Below are positions 11,787 through 23,908 of a DNA stretch of 64,000 nucleotides, one piece after another. Every line of letters begins with the position of its first letter. Positions within the stretch are counted from its first letter, which is position 1. Origin of the DNA: Escherichia coli (GTDB lineage Bacteria > Pseudomonadota > Gammaproteobacteria > Enterobacterales > Enterobacteriaceae); the NCBI RefSeq assembly GCF_003790525.1, contig NZ_CP033635.1, one strand, 5' to 3'. The notes beneath the pieces were generated by a model, which did no database searches, was not told the DNA's origin, and was given only the letters and a program-made list of their open reading frames with translations. The position numbers and the translations under genes were made by a program.

Positions 11787-12416
11787 ATGAAAAGCCTCTC
11801 CTATAAGCGGATCTATAAATCACAAGAATACCTGGCAACGTTGGGCACAATTGAATACCGATCATTGTTTGGTAGTTACAGCCTGACTGTTGACGACACG
11901 GTGTTTGCGATGGTTTCTGATGGTGAGTTGTATCTTCGGGCTTGTGAGCAAAGTGCACAGTACTGTGTAAAACATCCGCCTGTCTGGCTGACATATAAAA
12001 AGTGTGGCCGATCCGTTACCCTCAATTACTATCGAGTTGATGAAAGTCTATGGCGAAATCAACTGAAGCTGGTGCGTCTGTCGAAATATTCTCTCGATGC
12101 AGCGCTGAAAGAGAAAAGCACGCGCAATACCCGGGAAAGACTGAAAGATTTGCCCAATATGTCTTTTCATCTGGAAGCGATTCTCGGGGAGGTGGGGATT
12201 AAGGATGTACGGGCGTTACGTATACTTGGGGCAAAAATGTGTTGGTTGCGACTGCGGCAGCAAAACAGTCTGGTGACAGAAAAGATTCTGTTTATGCTTG
12301 AAGGGGCCATTATCGGCATTCATGAAGCTGCGCTCCCGGTGGCTCGCCGCCAGGAGCTTGCAGAATGGGCTGACTCTCTTACGCCGAAACAGGAGTTTCC
12401 TGCGGAACTTGAGTAA
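11787..12416 (+). CDS. sxy: Competence regulator Sxy/TfoX
   Basis: 209-aa ORF MKSLSYKRIYKSQEYLATLGTIEYRSLFGSYSL...; length and position match. Confidence 0.92.
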   Translation: MKSLSYKRIYKSQEYLATLGTIEYRSLFGSYSLTVDDTVFAMVSDGELYLRACEQSAQYCVKHPPVWLTYKKCGRSVTLNYYRVDESLWRNQLKLVRLSKYSLDAALKEKSTRNTRERLKDLPNMSFHLEAILGEVGIKDVRALRILGAKMCWLRLRQQNSLVTEKILFMLEGAIIGIHEAALPVARRQELAEWADSLTPKQEFPAELE

Positions 12417-14532
12417 TCTGGCGTTGCAGACGACCAATCTCTGGCAGTAATGCAATCAATAACCCAACTTGTTGTACGACCAGAGGTTCTTTGCTGTCTG
12501 CCCGTGGTTCAAGTTGCTGCATCCGCTGTTTCAGGCCAGCTAATGCCTGATTGACGCGTTCTTCATCAGCAGGTTGATGATGTAACGCGTCATCAACATA
12601 GCAAACTGCGTCATCAAGAAACGCCAGAATTTCAGGATTAGTTAACTGCTCCCGGTGAGCACCGAGGGCTGAGATATAGCTGGTAAACGTATGGTTAAGG
12701 CACAGCAACCGAAACGCGGCCTCGCGAATTTGCGGGGTAACGTTCGGCTCGCTGGACATATTTGATACCACCGACGCCAGTTCAGCATCACGGTTGTGTG
12801 CATCGCGGCGGGCAATACGATACGCCAGACGGTTATCACGCCCCTGATGGTATTGCTCCAGTATGGCATCGAGATAGCGACAGTTGGCCTCGGTGGCACG
12901 TTCGAGCATGCGCGGCAGATTGCGAAACTTCCAGTCAGGCCAGATGTAGCTCACCGCCGCCCACGCAATGGCACAACCAATCAGCGTATCGATTACGCGA
13001 GGTAACGCCACTTCAAAACCTTCACCCAGCAAGTTAAAACAAAGTAGCACCAAAAGTGTGATGAACATCGTTGCATGGGCATATTGCACGTTACGGAAGG
13101 CAAAAAAGAGCACGCCGGTAATAACCAGCAGCACCAGCTGCCCTTCCAGTGACGGCACAAACCACAGCACAGGAATGCCAATCGCGATACCTACCAGCGT
13201 ACCAATAATCCTTAATTTCAGGCGGTGGCGCGTGGCGTTATAGTTTGGCTGGCAGACAAACAAACTTGTCAGCAAGATCCAATACCCGTGATGCAGTCCG
13301 GTTATCTGAATGATGGCGTAGCCGAAGCACAACACCAGCGACATTCTTACCGCATGACGGAAGAGGGCGGATTCCGGCGTGAAGTGACGGCTAAGACGCA
13401 GCCAGATATCACTCAATCCGTGCGGGCTGTCATCAGCGAGCTCATTTTCGTCATCATTATGGGGCAGTGCCTGGGCCTGTTCTGATTCAATTGTTGCCAG
13501 TTGGGCATCAATGGCACGTAAATTGTTCAGTAAAAATCCCAGTGTTTTGAGTAAATCAGCAGGCGCGCCGTTATCGCGCATCCGCTCCAGCGCAGCATCA
13601 ATATGCGTAAAAGCGCGCTCAAAATGCGGATCATGTTGATAAGGCTGACGCAGCAAAATACAGCGTGACAGTTGCTGGCACGCCTGGCCCTGCATCGACA
13701 TCAGCCGCTGAAAACGGAACAGCACGTCGCTGTGGCGAAAATGTTCACGCAATGTTTGATACTGAATATGAGAAGAGCTGGCACGCTCGTGAATATCCTG
13801 CGCGACAAAGTAATAATGCAGTGTGCGACGCGTTCCCCGTTGACCACGATCGCCACGTAAGCGGGTCAGCAGCGAGAGTTTCGTCTGATTCAATGTCGCC
13901 ATCAGCTGACCGTTGGCGAGAGCCAAATCGTACAGCGGTGCCTGGCTTTCATCTTCAATATCAGGATCAAACATGCGCGACTTGAGCTCAAGATAACGCG
14001 CCAGTTGTTCATAGCAACGCGCCAGGTTGTCCTGCAGCGGGCGGACCGGGAACAGTAGATGACCAATAAGTGTCAGGACGTTGTACCAGACGGCACCGGC
14101 CAGCAGATACATCGGCTGCTGATACCAGTGCTCATACAGTGACGTCCCCAACATAGTGTAAATGGCGATCAGTAACGCACCGAAGGCAATTGTTGCATAG
14201 CGTTGACCCAGACCGCCGAGCAAAATGAAGCCGCTGGTTGAGAGCGTTAAGCCAATCGCAAATAGCCAGGGCCAGGGAAACAGCAGTTCTACTGAGGCCG
14301 AGGCGATAAAAAAGCAGAACAGCGTAATGATGAGGTTACGCAAACGTCCCGCCAGTCGGTCATCGAGATCGGTCAGCGCCGCTGCCACCATCCCCAGCGT
14401 CAGCGGAATCGTCAGTTTTACATCACCCAGCCACCACGGAAACGCTGTGGTTCCACAAAGCGCAATAAAAATACGCGCGTAATACAGCCAGGCGCTGTTC
14501 CAGGTATAGCGTTTGAGCAAAGGACTTAGCAT
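12379..14532 (-). CDS. yccS: Inner-membrane protein YccS (FUSC-like family)
   Basis: 717 aa from the MLSPLLKRYTWNSAWLYY start, multi-pass membrane protein; 3' end overlaps the sxy 3' end. Confidence 0.88.
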   Translation of the reverse strand: MLSPLLKRYTWNSAWLYYARIFIALCGTTAFPWWLGDVKLTIPLTLGMVAAALTDLDDRLAGRLRNLIITLFCFFIASASVELLFPWPWLFAIGLTLSTSGFILLGGLGQRYATIAFGALLIAIYTMLGTSLYEHWYQQPMYLLAGAVWYNVLTLIGHLLFPVRPLQDNLARCYEQLARYLELKSRMFDPDIEDESQAPLYDLALANGQLMATLNQTKLSLLTRLRGDRGQRGTRRTLHYYFVAQDIHERASSSHIQYQTLREHFRHSDVLFRFQRLMSMQGQACQQLSRCILLRQPYQHDPHFERAFTHIDAALERMRDNGAPADLLKTLGFLLNNLRAIDAQLATIESEQAQALPHNDDENELADDSPHGLSDIWLRLSRHFTPESALFRHAVRMSLVLCFGYAIIQITGLHHGYWILLTSLFVCQPNYNATRHRLKLRIIGTLVGIAIGIPVLWFVPSLEGQLVLLVITGVLFFAFRNVQYAHATMFITLLVLLCFNLLGEGFEVALPRVIDTLIGCAIAWAAVSYIWPDWKFRNLPRMLERATEANCRYLDAILEQYHQGRDNRLAYRIARRDAHNRDAELASVVSNMSSEPNVTPQIREAAFRLLCLNHTFTSYISALGAHREQLTNPEILAFLDDAVCYVDDALHHQPADEERVNQALAGLKQRMQQLEPRADSKEPLVVQQVGLLIALLPEIGRLQRQITQVPQETPVSA

Positions 14533-14550
14533 AAAGGCCATATTAGTGGA

Positions 14551-14997
14551 TTATTCAAAACGACGACGTGCATTGGCTTCACGCGCAGCTTGCGCTGTTT
14601 CTACCGATACCACGCGACGACCGACCGGCCATAGTGCAATAGCGGCAATTTTAAAGTTCGCAATGCCGACAGGAATGCCAATGATGGAAATACATTGTGC
14701 GATGCCCGTTGCAATGTGCATCAGGCATAACCACCAGCCAAAGAAAATCAGCCAGAAAATATTCAATACCGTACCGCCAGTATTTAGCAGCACATTTTTG
14801 CCAGCCGGGTTCAGTTCATCGACATGAATAGCTTCATTGCCATAAGGCACCAGAGACAGTTTAGTGATCTCCCAGCAGGATCGTGTCAGCGGTAAGGTAA
14901 AAATCAGCACAATACTGACCAGAGTCGCCAACAGCCAGCCCAGAGTGGTGGCAAATCCGCCAAGCACAAAGTTCAGAATGTTCAAAACGGTACGCAT
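14551..14997 (-). CDS. yccF: Inner-membrane protein YccF
   Basis: 148-aa hydrophobic ORF directly downstream of yccS. Confidence 0.9.
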   Translation of the reverse strand: MRTVLNILNFVLGGFATTLGWLLATLVSIVLIFTLPLTRSCWEITKLSLVPYGNEAIHVDELNPAGKNVLLNTGGTVLNIFWLIFFGWWLCLMHIATGIAQCISIIGIPVGIANFKIAAIALWPVGRRVVSVETAQAAREANARRRFE

Positions 14998-15119
14998 AAA
15001 ACCTCGCTTTACTGTGGTTTTCAGTAATGGGCGGCAATTGTAACGTTTTTTTGGGCTGGAGCACGTTTTCTCTGACGGTTACACTGATAAGAAATCATTT
15101 CGTGTGGATCTACAGAGTC

Positions 15120-17174
15120 ATGGAACTGAAAGCGACAACGCTTGGAAAACGTCTGGCACAGCACCCTTACGATCGGGCGGTGATCCTCAATGCCGGGATT
15201 AAAGTCTCCGGCGATCGCCACGAATACCTTATTCCTTTTAATCAATTACTGGCGATTCACTGTAAGCGCGGTCTGGTATGGGGCGAGCTGGAATTTGTAC
15301 TGCCGGACGAAAAAGTGGTGCGTCTGCACGGCACCGAATGGGGCGAGACGCAGCGTTTTTACCATCATCTTGATACTCACTGGCGGCGGTGGAGTGGGGA
15401 GATGAGCGAAATTGCGTCTGGCGTTTTACGTCAGCAACTGGATTTGATTGCCACGCGCACCGGAGAAAATAAATGGCTGACGCGTGAGCAAACCTCTGGT
15501 GTGCAGCAACAAATCCGCCAGGCTTTGTCGGCGTTGCCGTTGCCGGTTAACCGACTGGAAGAATTCGATAACTGCCGTGAGGCGTGGCGTAAATGTCAGG
15601 CCTGGTTGAAGGACATTGAAGGCGCTCGGTTGCAGCATAATCAGGCGTATACCGAAGCCATGCTTACCGAGTATGCGGATTTTTTCCGCCAGGTCGAGTC
15701 TTCACCGCTGAATCCGGCGCAGGCCCGGGCAGTCGTTAATGGCGAGCATTCTTTGTTAGTGCTGGCTGGTGCAGGAAGCGGAAAAACGTCGGTGCTGGTG
15801 GCCCGTGCAGGCTGGTTGCTGGCACGTGGTGAAGCGTCCCCTGAGCAAATTTTATTGCTGGCGTTTGGTCGCAAAGCCGCTGAAGAGATGGACGAGCGTA
15901 TTCGCGAACGGCTACATACCGAAGACATTACCGCACGCACATTTCATGCGCTGGCGCTGCATATTATTCAGCAGGGCAGCAAAAAAGTTCCGATAGTCAG
16001 CAAACTGGAAAATGATACCGCTGCCCGTCATGAACTTTTTATTGCTGAGTGGCGCAAGCAATGCAGCGAAAAGAAAGCGCAGGCGAAGGGCTGGCGGCAA
16101 TGGCTGACGGAAGAAATGCAGTGGTCAGTGCCAGAAGGTAACTTCTGGGATGATGAAAAATTACAGCGTCGTCTTGCCTCACGCCTCGATCGTTGGGTAA
16201 GTCTGATGCGGATGCACGGTGGTGCACAGGCAGAAATGATTGCCAGTGCACCCGAAGAGATTCGCGATCTGTTCAGTAAACGTATCAAGTTGATGGCTCC
16301 GTTATTAAAAGCCTGGAAAGGTGCGCTGAAGGCAGAAAACGCTGTCGATTTTTCGGGCCTTATTCACCAGGCGATTGTGATTCTGGAGAAAGGTCGCTTT
16401 ATCAGCCCGTGGAAGCATATTCTGGTTGATGAATTTCAGGATATCTCGCCGCAGCGCGCAGCGTTGTTAGCGGCATTACGCAAGCAAAACAGTCAGACGA
16501 CGTTGTTCGCCGTTGGTGATGACTGGCAGGCGATTTATCGCTTCAGCGGTGCGCAAATGTCGCTCACCACCGCTTTCCATGAAAACTTTGGTGAAGGTGA
16601 TCGCTGCGATTTAGACACGACTTACCGTTTTAACAGTCGTATCGGTGAGGTGGCAAACCGGTTTATTCAGCAGAACCCAGGCCAGCTGAAAAAGCCGCTA
16701 AACAGCTTAACCAATGGAGACAAAAAAGCCGTCACGTTATTGGATGAGAGTCAACTTGACGCTTTGCTGGATAAGCTCTCTGGTTATGCCAAACCGGAAG
16801 AGCGCATTCTGATCCTGGCGCGTTACCATCACATGAGGCCTGCCAGCCTGGAAAAAGCGGCAACACGCTGGCCGAAGTTGCAAATCGACTTTATGACCAT
16901 TCATGCCAGCAAAGGGCAACAGGCGGATTACGTCATCATCGTTGGCTTGCAGGAGGGGAGTGATGGTTTTCCGGCTGCGGCGCGGGAGTCGATTATGGAA
17001 GAGGCGCTACTGCCACCGGTTGAGGATTTCCCGGACGCTGAAGAACGGCGGTTAATGTACGTGGCGCTGACCCGGGCACGCCATCGGGTATGGGCACTGT
17101 TTAACAAAGAGAATCCCTCTCCCTTTGTGGAAATACTGAAAAATCTGGATGTGCCGGTGGCGAGAAAACCGTAA
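15120..17174 (+). CDS. helD: DNA helicase IV
   Basis: 684 aa from MELKATTLGKRLAQHPYDRAV...; UvrD-like helicase with Walker A AGAGSGKTS. Confidence 0.95.
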   Translation: MELKATTLGKRLAQHPYDRAVILNAGIKVSGDRHEYLIPFNQLLAIHCKRGLVWGELEFVLPDEKVVRLHGTEWGETQRFYHHLDTHWRRWSGEMSEIASGVLRQQLDLIATRTGENKWLTREQTSGVQQQIRQALSALPLPVNRLEEFDNCREAWRKCQAWLKDIEGARLQHNQAYTEAMLTEYADFFRQVESSPLNPAQARAVVNGEHSLLVLAGAGSGKTSVLVARAGWLLARGEASPEQILLLAFGRKAAEEMDERIRERLHTEDITARTFHALALHIIQQGSKKVPIVSKLENDTAARHELFIAEWRKQCSEKKAQAKGWRQWLTEEMQWSVPEGNFWDDEKLQRRLASRLDRWVSLMRMHGGAQAEMIASAPEEIRDLFSKRIKLMAPLLKAWKGALKAENAVDFSGLIHQAIVILEKGRFISPWKHILVDEFQDISPQRAALLAALRKQNSQTTLFAVGDDWQAIYRFSGAQMSLTTAFHENFGEGDRCDLDTTYRFNSRIGEVANRFIQQNPGQLKKPLNSLTNGDKKAVTLLDESQLDALLDKLSGYAKPEERILILARYHHMRPASLEKAATRWPKLQIDFMTIHASKGQQADYVIIVGLQEGSDGFPAAARESIMEEALLPPVEDFPDAEERRLMYVALTRARHRVWALFNKENPSPFVEILKNLDVPVARKP

Positions 17175-17178
17175 GAAA

Positions 17179-17198
17179 CAGGTGGCGTTTGCCACCTG
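17179..17198. terminator. Hairpin between convergent helD and mgsA
   Basis: Inverted repeat caggtggc-gttt-gccacctg; no strong T-run. Confidence 0.5.
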
Positions 17199-17205
17199 TG
17201 CAATA

Positions 17206-17664
17206 TTACTTCAGACGGTCCGCGAGATAACGCTGATAATCGGGGATCAGAATATCGACCGCGTCGTTGAAATGCGGCGACTGGATAATGAAGTCTGCCG
17301 TTGCCACGTTGGTGGCAACCGGAATGTTCCATACCGTCGCCAGACGCAGCAAGGCTTTCACGTCAGGATCGTGCGGAACGGCATTTAGTGGGTCCCAGAA
17401 GAAAATCAATACATCAATTTTCCCTTCTGAGATCAATGCGCCAACCTGCTGGTCACCCCCCATTGGGCCACTCAACATCGCGTTGACGTTCATGCCGGTT
17501 GCACGGGAAATCAAGTTACCGGTAGTGCCTGTTGCATACAGTACGTGTTGTTCCAGTAACGGTTGATGTCGTTCCACCCAGCTCATCAGCATTTGTTTGC
17601 AGTGATCGTGTGCCACCAGCGCAATATGTTTCCGCGCAGGTAAAGTGCGTGTCGTCAGTTCCAT
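17206..17664 (-). CDS. mgsA: Methylglyoxal synthase
   Basis: 152 aa from [24 protein letters not shown]... Confidence 0.95.
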
Positions 17665-17760
17665 AATGTTACATCCGTAGTTAACTTTCCTACAGATTAC
17701 TGTAAGCACTTATCGCTGCAAGATAAAGACCGAAAAAGCCTGCGCACAGGCACAAAAATC

Positions 17761-18423
17761 TCAGGAAGATGGTTGTTTTTCCGCCCATTGCAGGAAAGTA
17801 TTTCGCGTTTGTGGGTCAGCCAGTTTAAACCAATACTTCAGCCGTTGTTCTGTGAGCACCTGAGACTGCGGTGGAATAGCATCCAGCTCGGAAACACCCG
17901 AAAGCAGCGTACTGTCATCTGCCATCATCGTGGCAAATTGCGGTAGTGAAGCGCGTTTCGCGGATTTGTTATAGCGTTCAACCTCGACCTCATAATCAAT
18001 CGTTTTTGCCGTTGAGGTAATGGCGAGAATATCCAGCTTTACCGGAATCGGCGTCGCATCGCCATCCAACAATTCAAGGCGCGGCGCGGCATCAAAATGG
18101 TTAGCTTCCCGCTCATTCTCCAGACGAGGCAGGCGAAAATTGACCTGGTTGATGAGCTGGGTATTAAAACTGACCACCAGCGGTGGGGAGATATACAGCC
18201 GTTCTTCACTATTGGAAAGATGAATCGTCTTCTCAACGCGAAACACTAACTGATGCGGTCCGTTATCCAGTTCAATGCTGTCCGCACCGCGCAGCAGAGA
18301 GCTGGAAACCTTTTTACCGTCGAGTACCAGAAGATCGACATCGGTTGAAAGCCGCAGCGTGGTGGCAAAAACGGATACCGGCAAACATAATGCAATCAAG
18401 GTGGTCACGATGCCGGTTTTCAT
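17761..18423 (-). CDS. yccT: Periplasmic protein YccT
   Basis: 220-aa ORF with N-terminal signal peptide [20 protein letters not shown]. Confidence 0.9.
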
Positions 18424-18595
18424 AGGTAGCTCCTGTCAAAAGACCGCCCGAATAATAATGTGTCAAAATTTTTCTTTAATCATACTTACTAACATATAGA
18501 CATATTTCCCGCTTTTGCTCTCATTCATTCGTATTAGCTGCATGGTTGGCATGTCGGCTTTGTCGTACACTTTGTTAAACAGTCTGGAGGAAATA

Positions 18596-19009
18596 ATGAA
18601 AGAAACCGATATTGCAGGCATTTTAACGTCCACTCACACCATTGCGCTGGTGGGGGCAAGCGACAAACCCGATCGTCCCAGCTATCGCGTGATGAAATAT
18701 CTACTCGACCAGGGGTATCACGTCATTCCGGTTTCGCCAAAAGTTGCCGGCAAAACACTGCTGGGCCAGCAGGGGTATGGCACGCTGGCAGAAGTTCCTG
18801 AAAAAGTCGATATGGTCGATGTTTTCCGGAATTCAGAAGCGGCGTGGGGCGTAGCGCAGGAAGCTATTGCCATTGGCGCGAAAACCCTCTGGATGCAACT
18901 GGGGGTGATTAATGAGCAAGCGGCAGTACTGGCACGGGATGCCGGGTTAAATGTAGTGATGGATCGCTGCCCGGCTATTGAGATCCCTCGCCTGGGCCTG
19001 GCCAAATAA
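18596..19009 (+). CDS. yccU: CoA-binding protein YccU
   Basis: 137 aa from [30 protein letters not shown]... Confidence 0.9.
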   Translation: MKETDIAGILTSTHTIALVGASDKPDRPSYRVMKYLLDQGYHVIPVSPKVAGKTLLGQQGYGTLAEVPEKVDMVDVFRNSEAAWGVAQEAIAIGAKTLWMQLGVINEQAAVLARDAGLNVVMDRCPAIEIPRLGLAK

Positions 19010-19044
19010 AAAATCCCCGGAAGGCAAAAACCTTCCGGGGATTT
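19009..19044. terminator. Bidirectional intrinsic terminator between yccU and hspQ
   Basis: Hairpin ccccggaagg...ccttccgggg flanked by A/T runs. Confidence 0.8.
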
Positions 19045-19053
19045 GTTCAGGGA

Positions 19054-19428
<375 letters not shown>

Positions 19429-20619
19429 TTACATGACGCGACAGGCAAACCCTTTCAGATATAGCCCTTCCGGATAGGTAGCGATCACCGGATGATCGGC
19501 TGCCTGACGGAACTGCTCTATAAATTGTACATCACGACCGGCATCAATTGCGGCATCTGCGATGATTTTCTGAAATAAATCGCTGGTCATCAGGCCAGAA
19601 CAGGAGAAAGTCAGGAGAACTCCGCCTTCATTCAGCAACTGAATCGCCAGCATGTTGATGTCTTTATAGCCACGACACGCGCCCATCAACTGGCTTTTAT
19701 TCTCAACAAACTTCGGCGGGTCCATCACGATAACGTCAAATTTTTCACCGCGATCGCGATAGGTACGCAGCAATTTAAAGACATCATCACGGACAAACTC
19801 AGCCTTGCTCAGATCCAGTTTGTTCAGCTCAACGTTCTGCCGTGCAATATCCAGGGCTTCCTGGGAGGTATCAACGCTGACAACCTGGCTGCAACCGCCC
19901 ATCAGTGCCGATACGGCGAAACCACCGGTATAGGAGAAACAGTTCAGTACGCGTTTATTTTCAACGTAGCGGCGGGTAGCCAGGCGGCTATCACGCTGAT
20001 CCAGGTAGTAGCCCGTTTTGTGTCCGTGCTGTATGTCCACCAGCAGCTTCATGCCGTGTTCTTCAATCGGCAGCAGGGCAGGCGGCAACTCGCCGGTGAC
20101 GGGGCCCTGGGTCAGCTCCATCCCTTCTTTTTTACGTACCGCAACATCGCTGCGATCGTAAATCGCACATTCCGGGTACAGCGTTTGCAGGGCACTAATT
20201 AATGCCGCGCGCTGATACTCTGCGCCAGCACTCAGCAGTTGCAGCACCAGAAAATTACCGAAACGATCGATAGTAATACCCGGCAGGCCATCAGATTCTC
20301 CGGCGATTAAACGATAGCTGTTGAGGCCATCTTTTTGCGCCAGCCAGTCACGCCATTTTTGTGCTTGTTGTAAACGTCGGGTAAAAAAAGCAATGTCGAT
20401 AGACTCAGACGGGTCAAACGTCCAGACGCGCGCCCGGATTTGCGAAGCTGGCGAATAAGCGCCGCGTGCTAACCATTTTCCCTGATGATCAACAATATCG
20501 ATGGTTTCACCGAGGCTGGCTTTACCTTCCATGCGGGCAACGGCCCCGGAAAAGATCCACGGATGGCGACGAAGTAATGATTTTTCGCGCCCTTTGGCTA
20601 ACACTAAACGTACACTCAT
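19429..20619 (-). CDS. rlmI: 23S rRNA m5C1962 methyltransferase RlmI
   Basis: 396-aa ORF, SAM-dependent methyltransferase, length and context match RlmI (YccW). Confidence 0.92.
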   Translation of the reverse strand: MSVRLVLAKGREKSLLRRHPWIFSGAVARMEGKASLGETIDIVDHQGKWLARGAYSPASQIRARVWTFDPSESIDIAFFTRRLQQAQKWRDWLAQKDGLNSYRLIAGESDGLPGITIDRFGNFLVLQLLSAGAEYQRAALISALQTLYPECAIYDRSDVAVRKKEGMELTQGPVTGELPPALLPIEEHGMKLLVDIQHGHKTGYYLDQRDSRLATRRYVENKRVLNCFSYTGGFAVSALMGGCSQVVSVDTSQEALDIARQNVELNKLDLSKAEFVRDDVFKLLRTYRDRGEKFDVIVMDPPKFVENKSQLMGACRGYKDINMLAIQLLNEGGVLLTFSCSGLMTSDLFQKIIADAAIDAGRDVQFIEQFRQAADHPVIATYPEGLYLKGFACRVM

Positions 20620-20713
20620 AATTTACTTTTCTGTCGATGCAAAGAAATGGGCGTCATTGTCCGGAGTTTTCCATGGATTTGCAACGCGTCCATTAAGGAT
20701 AAGGAGAGCAGCA

Positions 20714-20992
20714 ATGTCGAAAGTCTGCATAATTGCCTGGGTTTACGGGCGAGTTCAGGGCGTAGGATTCCGCTACACCACGCAGTACGAAGCGAAAAAA
20801 CTGGGACTAACCGGGTACGCCAAAAATCTTGACGATGGCAGCGTGGAAGTGGTTGCCTGCGGTGAAGAAGGGCAGGTAGAAAAATTAATGCAGTGGTTAA
20901 AAAGTGGCGGCCCGCGTTCTGCGCGTGTAGAACGGGTGCTCAGCGAGCCGCATCATCCCTCGGGGGAATTAACCGATTTTCGTATCCATTAA
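20714..20992 (+). CDS. yccX: Acylphosphatase
   Basis: 92 aa from [38 protein letters not shown]..., the acylphosphatase fold signature. Confidence 0.92.
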   Translation: MSKVCIIAWVYGRVQGVGFRYTTQYEAKKLGLTGYAKNLDDGSVEVVACGEEGQVEKLMQWLKSGGPRSARVERVLSEPHHPSGELTDFRIH

Positions 20993-21318
20993 ATACATTT
21001 TACCGGTTTTGGCAGGCCAGCAATTTTGGTGGCTTGCTTAGCCGGACCTTTCGGAAACAGTCGGTATAAATAGCGGCTGTTACCTTTTTCTTCGCCAAAT
21101 TTATTCGCCATCGCTTTTACCAGCATACGAATCGCCGGAGAAGTATTGAATTCCAGATAGAAATCACGCACAAAACGCACCACTTCCCAGTGTTCTGGCG
21201 ACAGCGCAATCCCTTCGTTCTCTGCAATCACCACCGCCAGTGGCTCACTCCACTGGCTGCTTTCTTTGAGATAGCCTTCGGTATCCGTTTCTATCTCTTT
21301 ACCTTCGAAGATCAGCAT
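20989..21318 (-). CDS. tusE: Sulfur-relay protein TusE
   Basis: 109-aa DsrC-like ORF ending ...KPVKCI. Confidence 0.92.
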   Translation of the reverse strand: MLIFEGKEIETDTEGYLKESSQWSEPLAVVIAENEGIALSPEHWEVVRFVRDFYLEFNTSPAIRMLVKAMANKFGEEKGNSRYLYRLFPKGPAKQATKIAGLPKPVKCI

Positions 21319-21409
21319 AATTCTTTACTACCTTAATCAGACTGGCGGCAGTGTAACAAAAAACAAAGCCCCGCATAAAGCGAGGCTATGAAAGTGTTAG
21401 CGGGTGAGA

Positions 21410-22069
21410 TTAATCGCGGCTGGCGAAGCCCAGAATGCTCAGCAGGCTGACGAAGATGTTGTACAGCGAAACATACAGGCTAACCGTGGCACGAATATAG
21501 TTCGTTTCACCGCCATGAATGATGTTGCTGGTTTCAAACAAAATAGCGCCAGAGGAGATCAGAATGAAGACCGCGCTGATCGCCAGATGCAGGGCAGGCA
21601 GCTGCAGGAAGATATTAGCAACCATACCAATCAGCACCACCACAATACCCGCCATCAGCATACCGCCAAGGAACGACATATCTTTGCGGGTGGTCAGCAC
21701 ATACGCAGAGCAGCAGAAGAACACTAACGCCGTTCCGCCCAGTGCCATAGCGATTACGTCACCCATTCCGGCAGACAGGTAGGTGTTCAGAATTGGTCCG
21801 AGGATATATCCCAGAAAACCGGTAAAGGCGAATGCGGAGATAATCCCGGTCGGCTTATTCGCCGTTTTATAGGTCAGGAACATCAAACCATACATACCCA
21901 CCAGCGTCAGAATCAGACCCGGAGATGGCAGCATCAGCACCGTACTGGCAGTTGCGGTAATCGCCGAAAAGGCCAGCGTCAGGCTCAGCAGAAAATAGGT
22001 ATTACGCAGCACCTTATGGGTGCTAAGCAGTGATGTACGGTCATGTGAAGAACTAACAATACGATCCAT
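21410..22069 (-). CDS. yccA: Inner-membrane protein YccA (BAX inhibitor-1 family)
   Basis: 219-aa seven-helix membrane ORF. Confidence 0.92.
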   Translation of the reverse strand: MDRIVSSSHDRTSLLSTHKVLRNTYFLLSLTLAFSAITATASTVLMLPSPGLILTLVGMYGLMFLTYKTANKPTGIISAFAFTGFLGYILGPILNTYLSAGMGDVIAMALGGTALVFFCCSAYVLTTRKDMSFLGGMLMAGIVVVLIGMVANIFLQLPALHLAISAVFILISSGAILFETSNIIHGGETNYIRATVSLYVSLYNIFVSLLSILGFASRD

Positions 22070-22237
22070 TGAGTCACTCTCTATGACAGATGTAATTAAT
22101 TAAGCAGCATAATGATAATGCGTAAGGGCACCCAGAAGTTTTACCCATCTTTACGCATTTGATCTGGAACAGGTTTAACAGCGGATTATCAGGTCATTAA
22201 GCAAATATAACGCCCTGAGAATTTCGACAGGCAAAAG

Positions 22238-22267
22238 AAAAAGGGGTTAGCATTTAGCTAACCCCTT
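22238..22267 (-). terminator. Intrinsic terminator of serT
   Basis: Hairpin ggggttagc-attt-gctaacccc with a T-run on the minus strand just 3' of the tRNA. Confidence 0.8.
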
Positions 22268-22275
22268 ATCTTATT

Positions 22276-22363
22276 TGGCGGAAGCGCAGAGATTCGAACT
22301 CTGGAACCCTTTCGGGTCGCCGGTTTTCAAGACCGGTGCCTTCAACCGCTCGGCCACACTTCC
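22276..22363 (-). tRNA. serT: tRNA-Ser (UGA anticodon)
   Basis: The minus strand reads GGAAGTGTGGCCGAGCGGTTGAAGGCACCGGTCTTGAAAACCGGCGACCCGAAAGGGTTCCAGAGTTCGAATCTCTGCGCTTCCGCCA: long variable arm, TGA anticodon loop, encoded CCA. Confidence 0.95.
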
Positions 22364-22789
22364 GGAATGACGCGCACTATAAACATCCCGATGCGGCGTG
22401 TAAACCCCTAATTTGTTTGTTTGCCTGAAAAACAGCCAAAAGTGCATTGATAGCGTGAAATAACAGCAGATTGATCATTTCATCACCATGAATTCCTTCT
22501 CTTTTACTCGTTTGGCAACCGGCTAAACATCCCCACTGCCCGGCAAAAAGAAAAATAGGTCCATTTTTATCGCTAAAAGATAAATCCACACAGTTTGTAT
22601 TGTTTCGTGCAAAAGTTTCACTACGCTTTATTAACAATACTTTCTGGCGACGTGCGCCAGTGCAGAAGGATGAGCTTTCGTTTTCAGCATCTCACGTGAA
22701 GCGATGGTTTGCCTTGCTACAGGGACGTCGCTTGCCGACCATAAGCGCCCGGTGTCCTGCCGGTGTCGCAAGGAGAAGAGACGTGCGAT

Positions 22790-23908
22790 ATGAATAACGA
22801 GGAAACATTTTACCAGGCCATGCGGCGTCAGGGCGTTACCCGGCGCAGCTTTCTCAAATATTGCAGTCTGGCTGCCACGTCGCTGGGATTAGGCGCGGGA
22901 ATGGCACCAAAGATTGCCTGGGCGCTGGAGAACAAACCGCGCATTCCGGTGGTATGGATCCACGGTCTGGAATGCACCTGCTGTACCGAATCTTTTATCC
23001 GCTCCGCTCACCCGCTGGCAAAGGACGTCATCCTTTCCCTGATTTCCCTCGATTACGACGATACTTTGATGGCTGCCGCCGGAACCCAGGCGGAAGAAGT
23101 CTTTGAAGACATCATCACGCAATACAATGGCAAATATATCCTCGCAGTAGAAGGTAATCCGCCGCTGGGCGAGCAGGGGATGTTCTGTATCAGCAGCGGA
23201 CGACCGTTTATTGAGAAACTCAAACGTGCCGCTGCCGGAGCCAGTGCGATTATCGCCTGGGGAACCTGCGCGTCCTGGGGCTGCGTGCAGGCCGCGCGAC
23301 CCAATCCGACGCAGGCAACGCCTATCGACAAAGTCATCACCGACAAACCTATTATCAAAGTACCTGGCTGCCCGCCGATCCCGGATGTGATGAGCGCCAT
23401 CATTACTTACATGGTGACCTTTGATCGCTTGCCAGATGTCGACAGAATGGGCCGTCCGTTGATGTTCTATGGTCAGCGAATCCACGATAAATGCTATCGC
23501 CGCGCCCACTTCGACGCCGGAGAGTTCGTCCAGAGTTGGGACGATGACGCTGCCCGCAAAGGTTACTGCCTGTACAAAATGGGCTGCAAAGGGCCTACCA
23601 CCTATAACGCCTGTTCCTCCACACGCTGGAATGATGGCGTTTCTTTCCCAATCCAGTCTGGTCACGGCTGCCTGGGCTGTGCGGAAAATGGTTTCTGGGA
23701 TCGCGGTTCGTTCTACAGCCGCGTGGTCGATATTCCGCAAATGGGTACTCATTCCACCGCCGATACCGTCGGCTTAACCGCGCTTGGCGTGGTGGCAGCG
23801 GCTGTTGGTGTGCACGCAGTCGCCAGCGCCGTTGACCAGCGCAGACGTCATAACCAGCAACCTACAGAAACCGAACATCAGCCAGGCAATGAGGATAAAC
23901 AGGCATGA
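22790..23908 (+). CDS. hyaA: Hydrogenase-1 small subunit
   Basis: 372 aa from [29 protein letters not shown] (Tat signal); NiFe hydrogenase small-subunit Cys clusters. Confidence 0.95.
   Translation: MNNEETFYQAMRRQGVTRRSFLKYCSLAATSLGLGAGMAPKIAWALENKPRIPVVWIHGLECTCCTESFIRSAHPLAKDVILSLISLDYDDTLMAAAGTQAEEVFEDIITQYNGKYILAVEGNPPLGEQGMFCISSGRPFIEKLKRAAAGASAIIAWGTCASWGCVQAARPNPTQATPIDKVITDKPIIKVPGCPPIPDVMSAIITYMVTFDRLPDVDRMGRPLMFYGQRIHDKCYRRAHFDAGEFVQSWDDDAARKGYCLYKMGCKGPTTYNACSSTRWNDGVSFPIQSGHGCLGCAENGFWDRGSFYSRVVDIPQMGTHSTADTVGLTALGVVAAAVGVHAVASAVDQRRRHNQQPTETEHQPGNEDKQA

Noticed and set aside
22889-23752. 287-aa ORF antisense to hyaA
   Set aside because: Lies entirely within a well-supported, GC-rich coding gene on the opposite strand; long antisense frames are expected there, and it has no RBS or start context.
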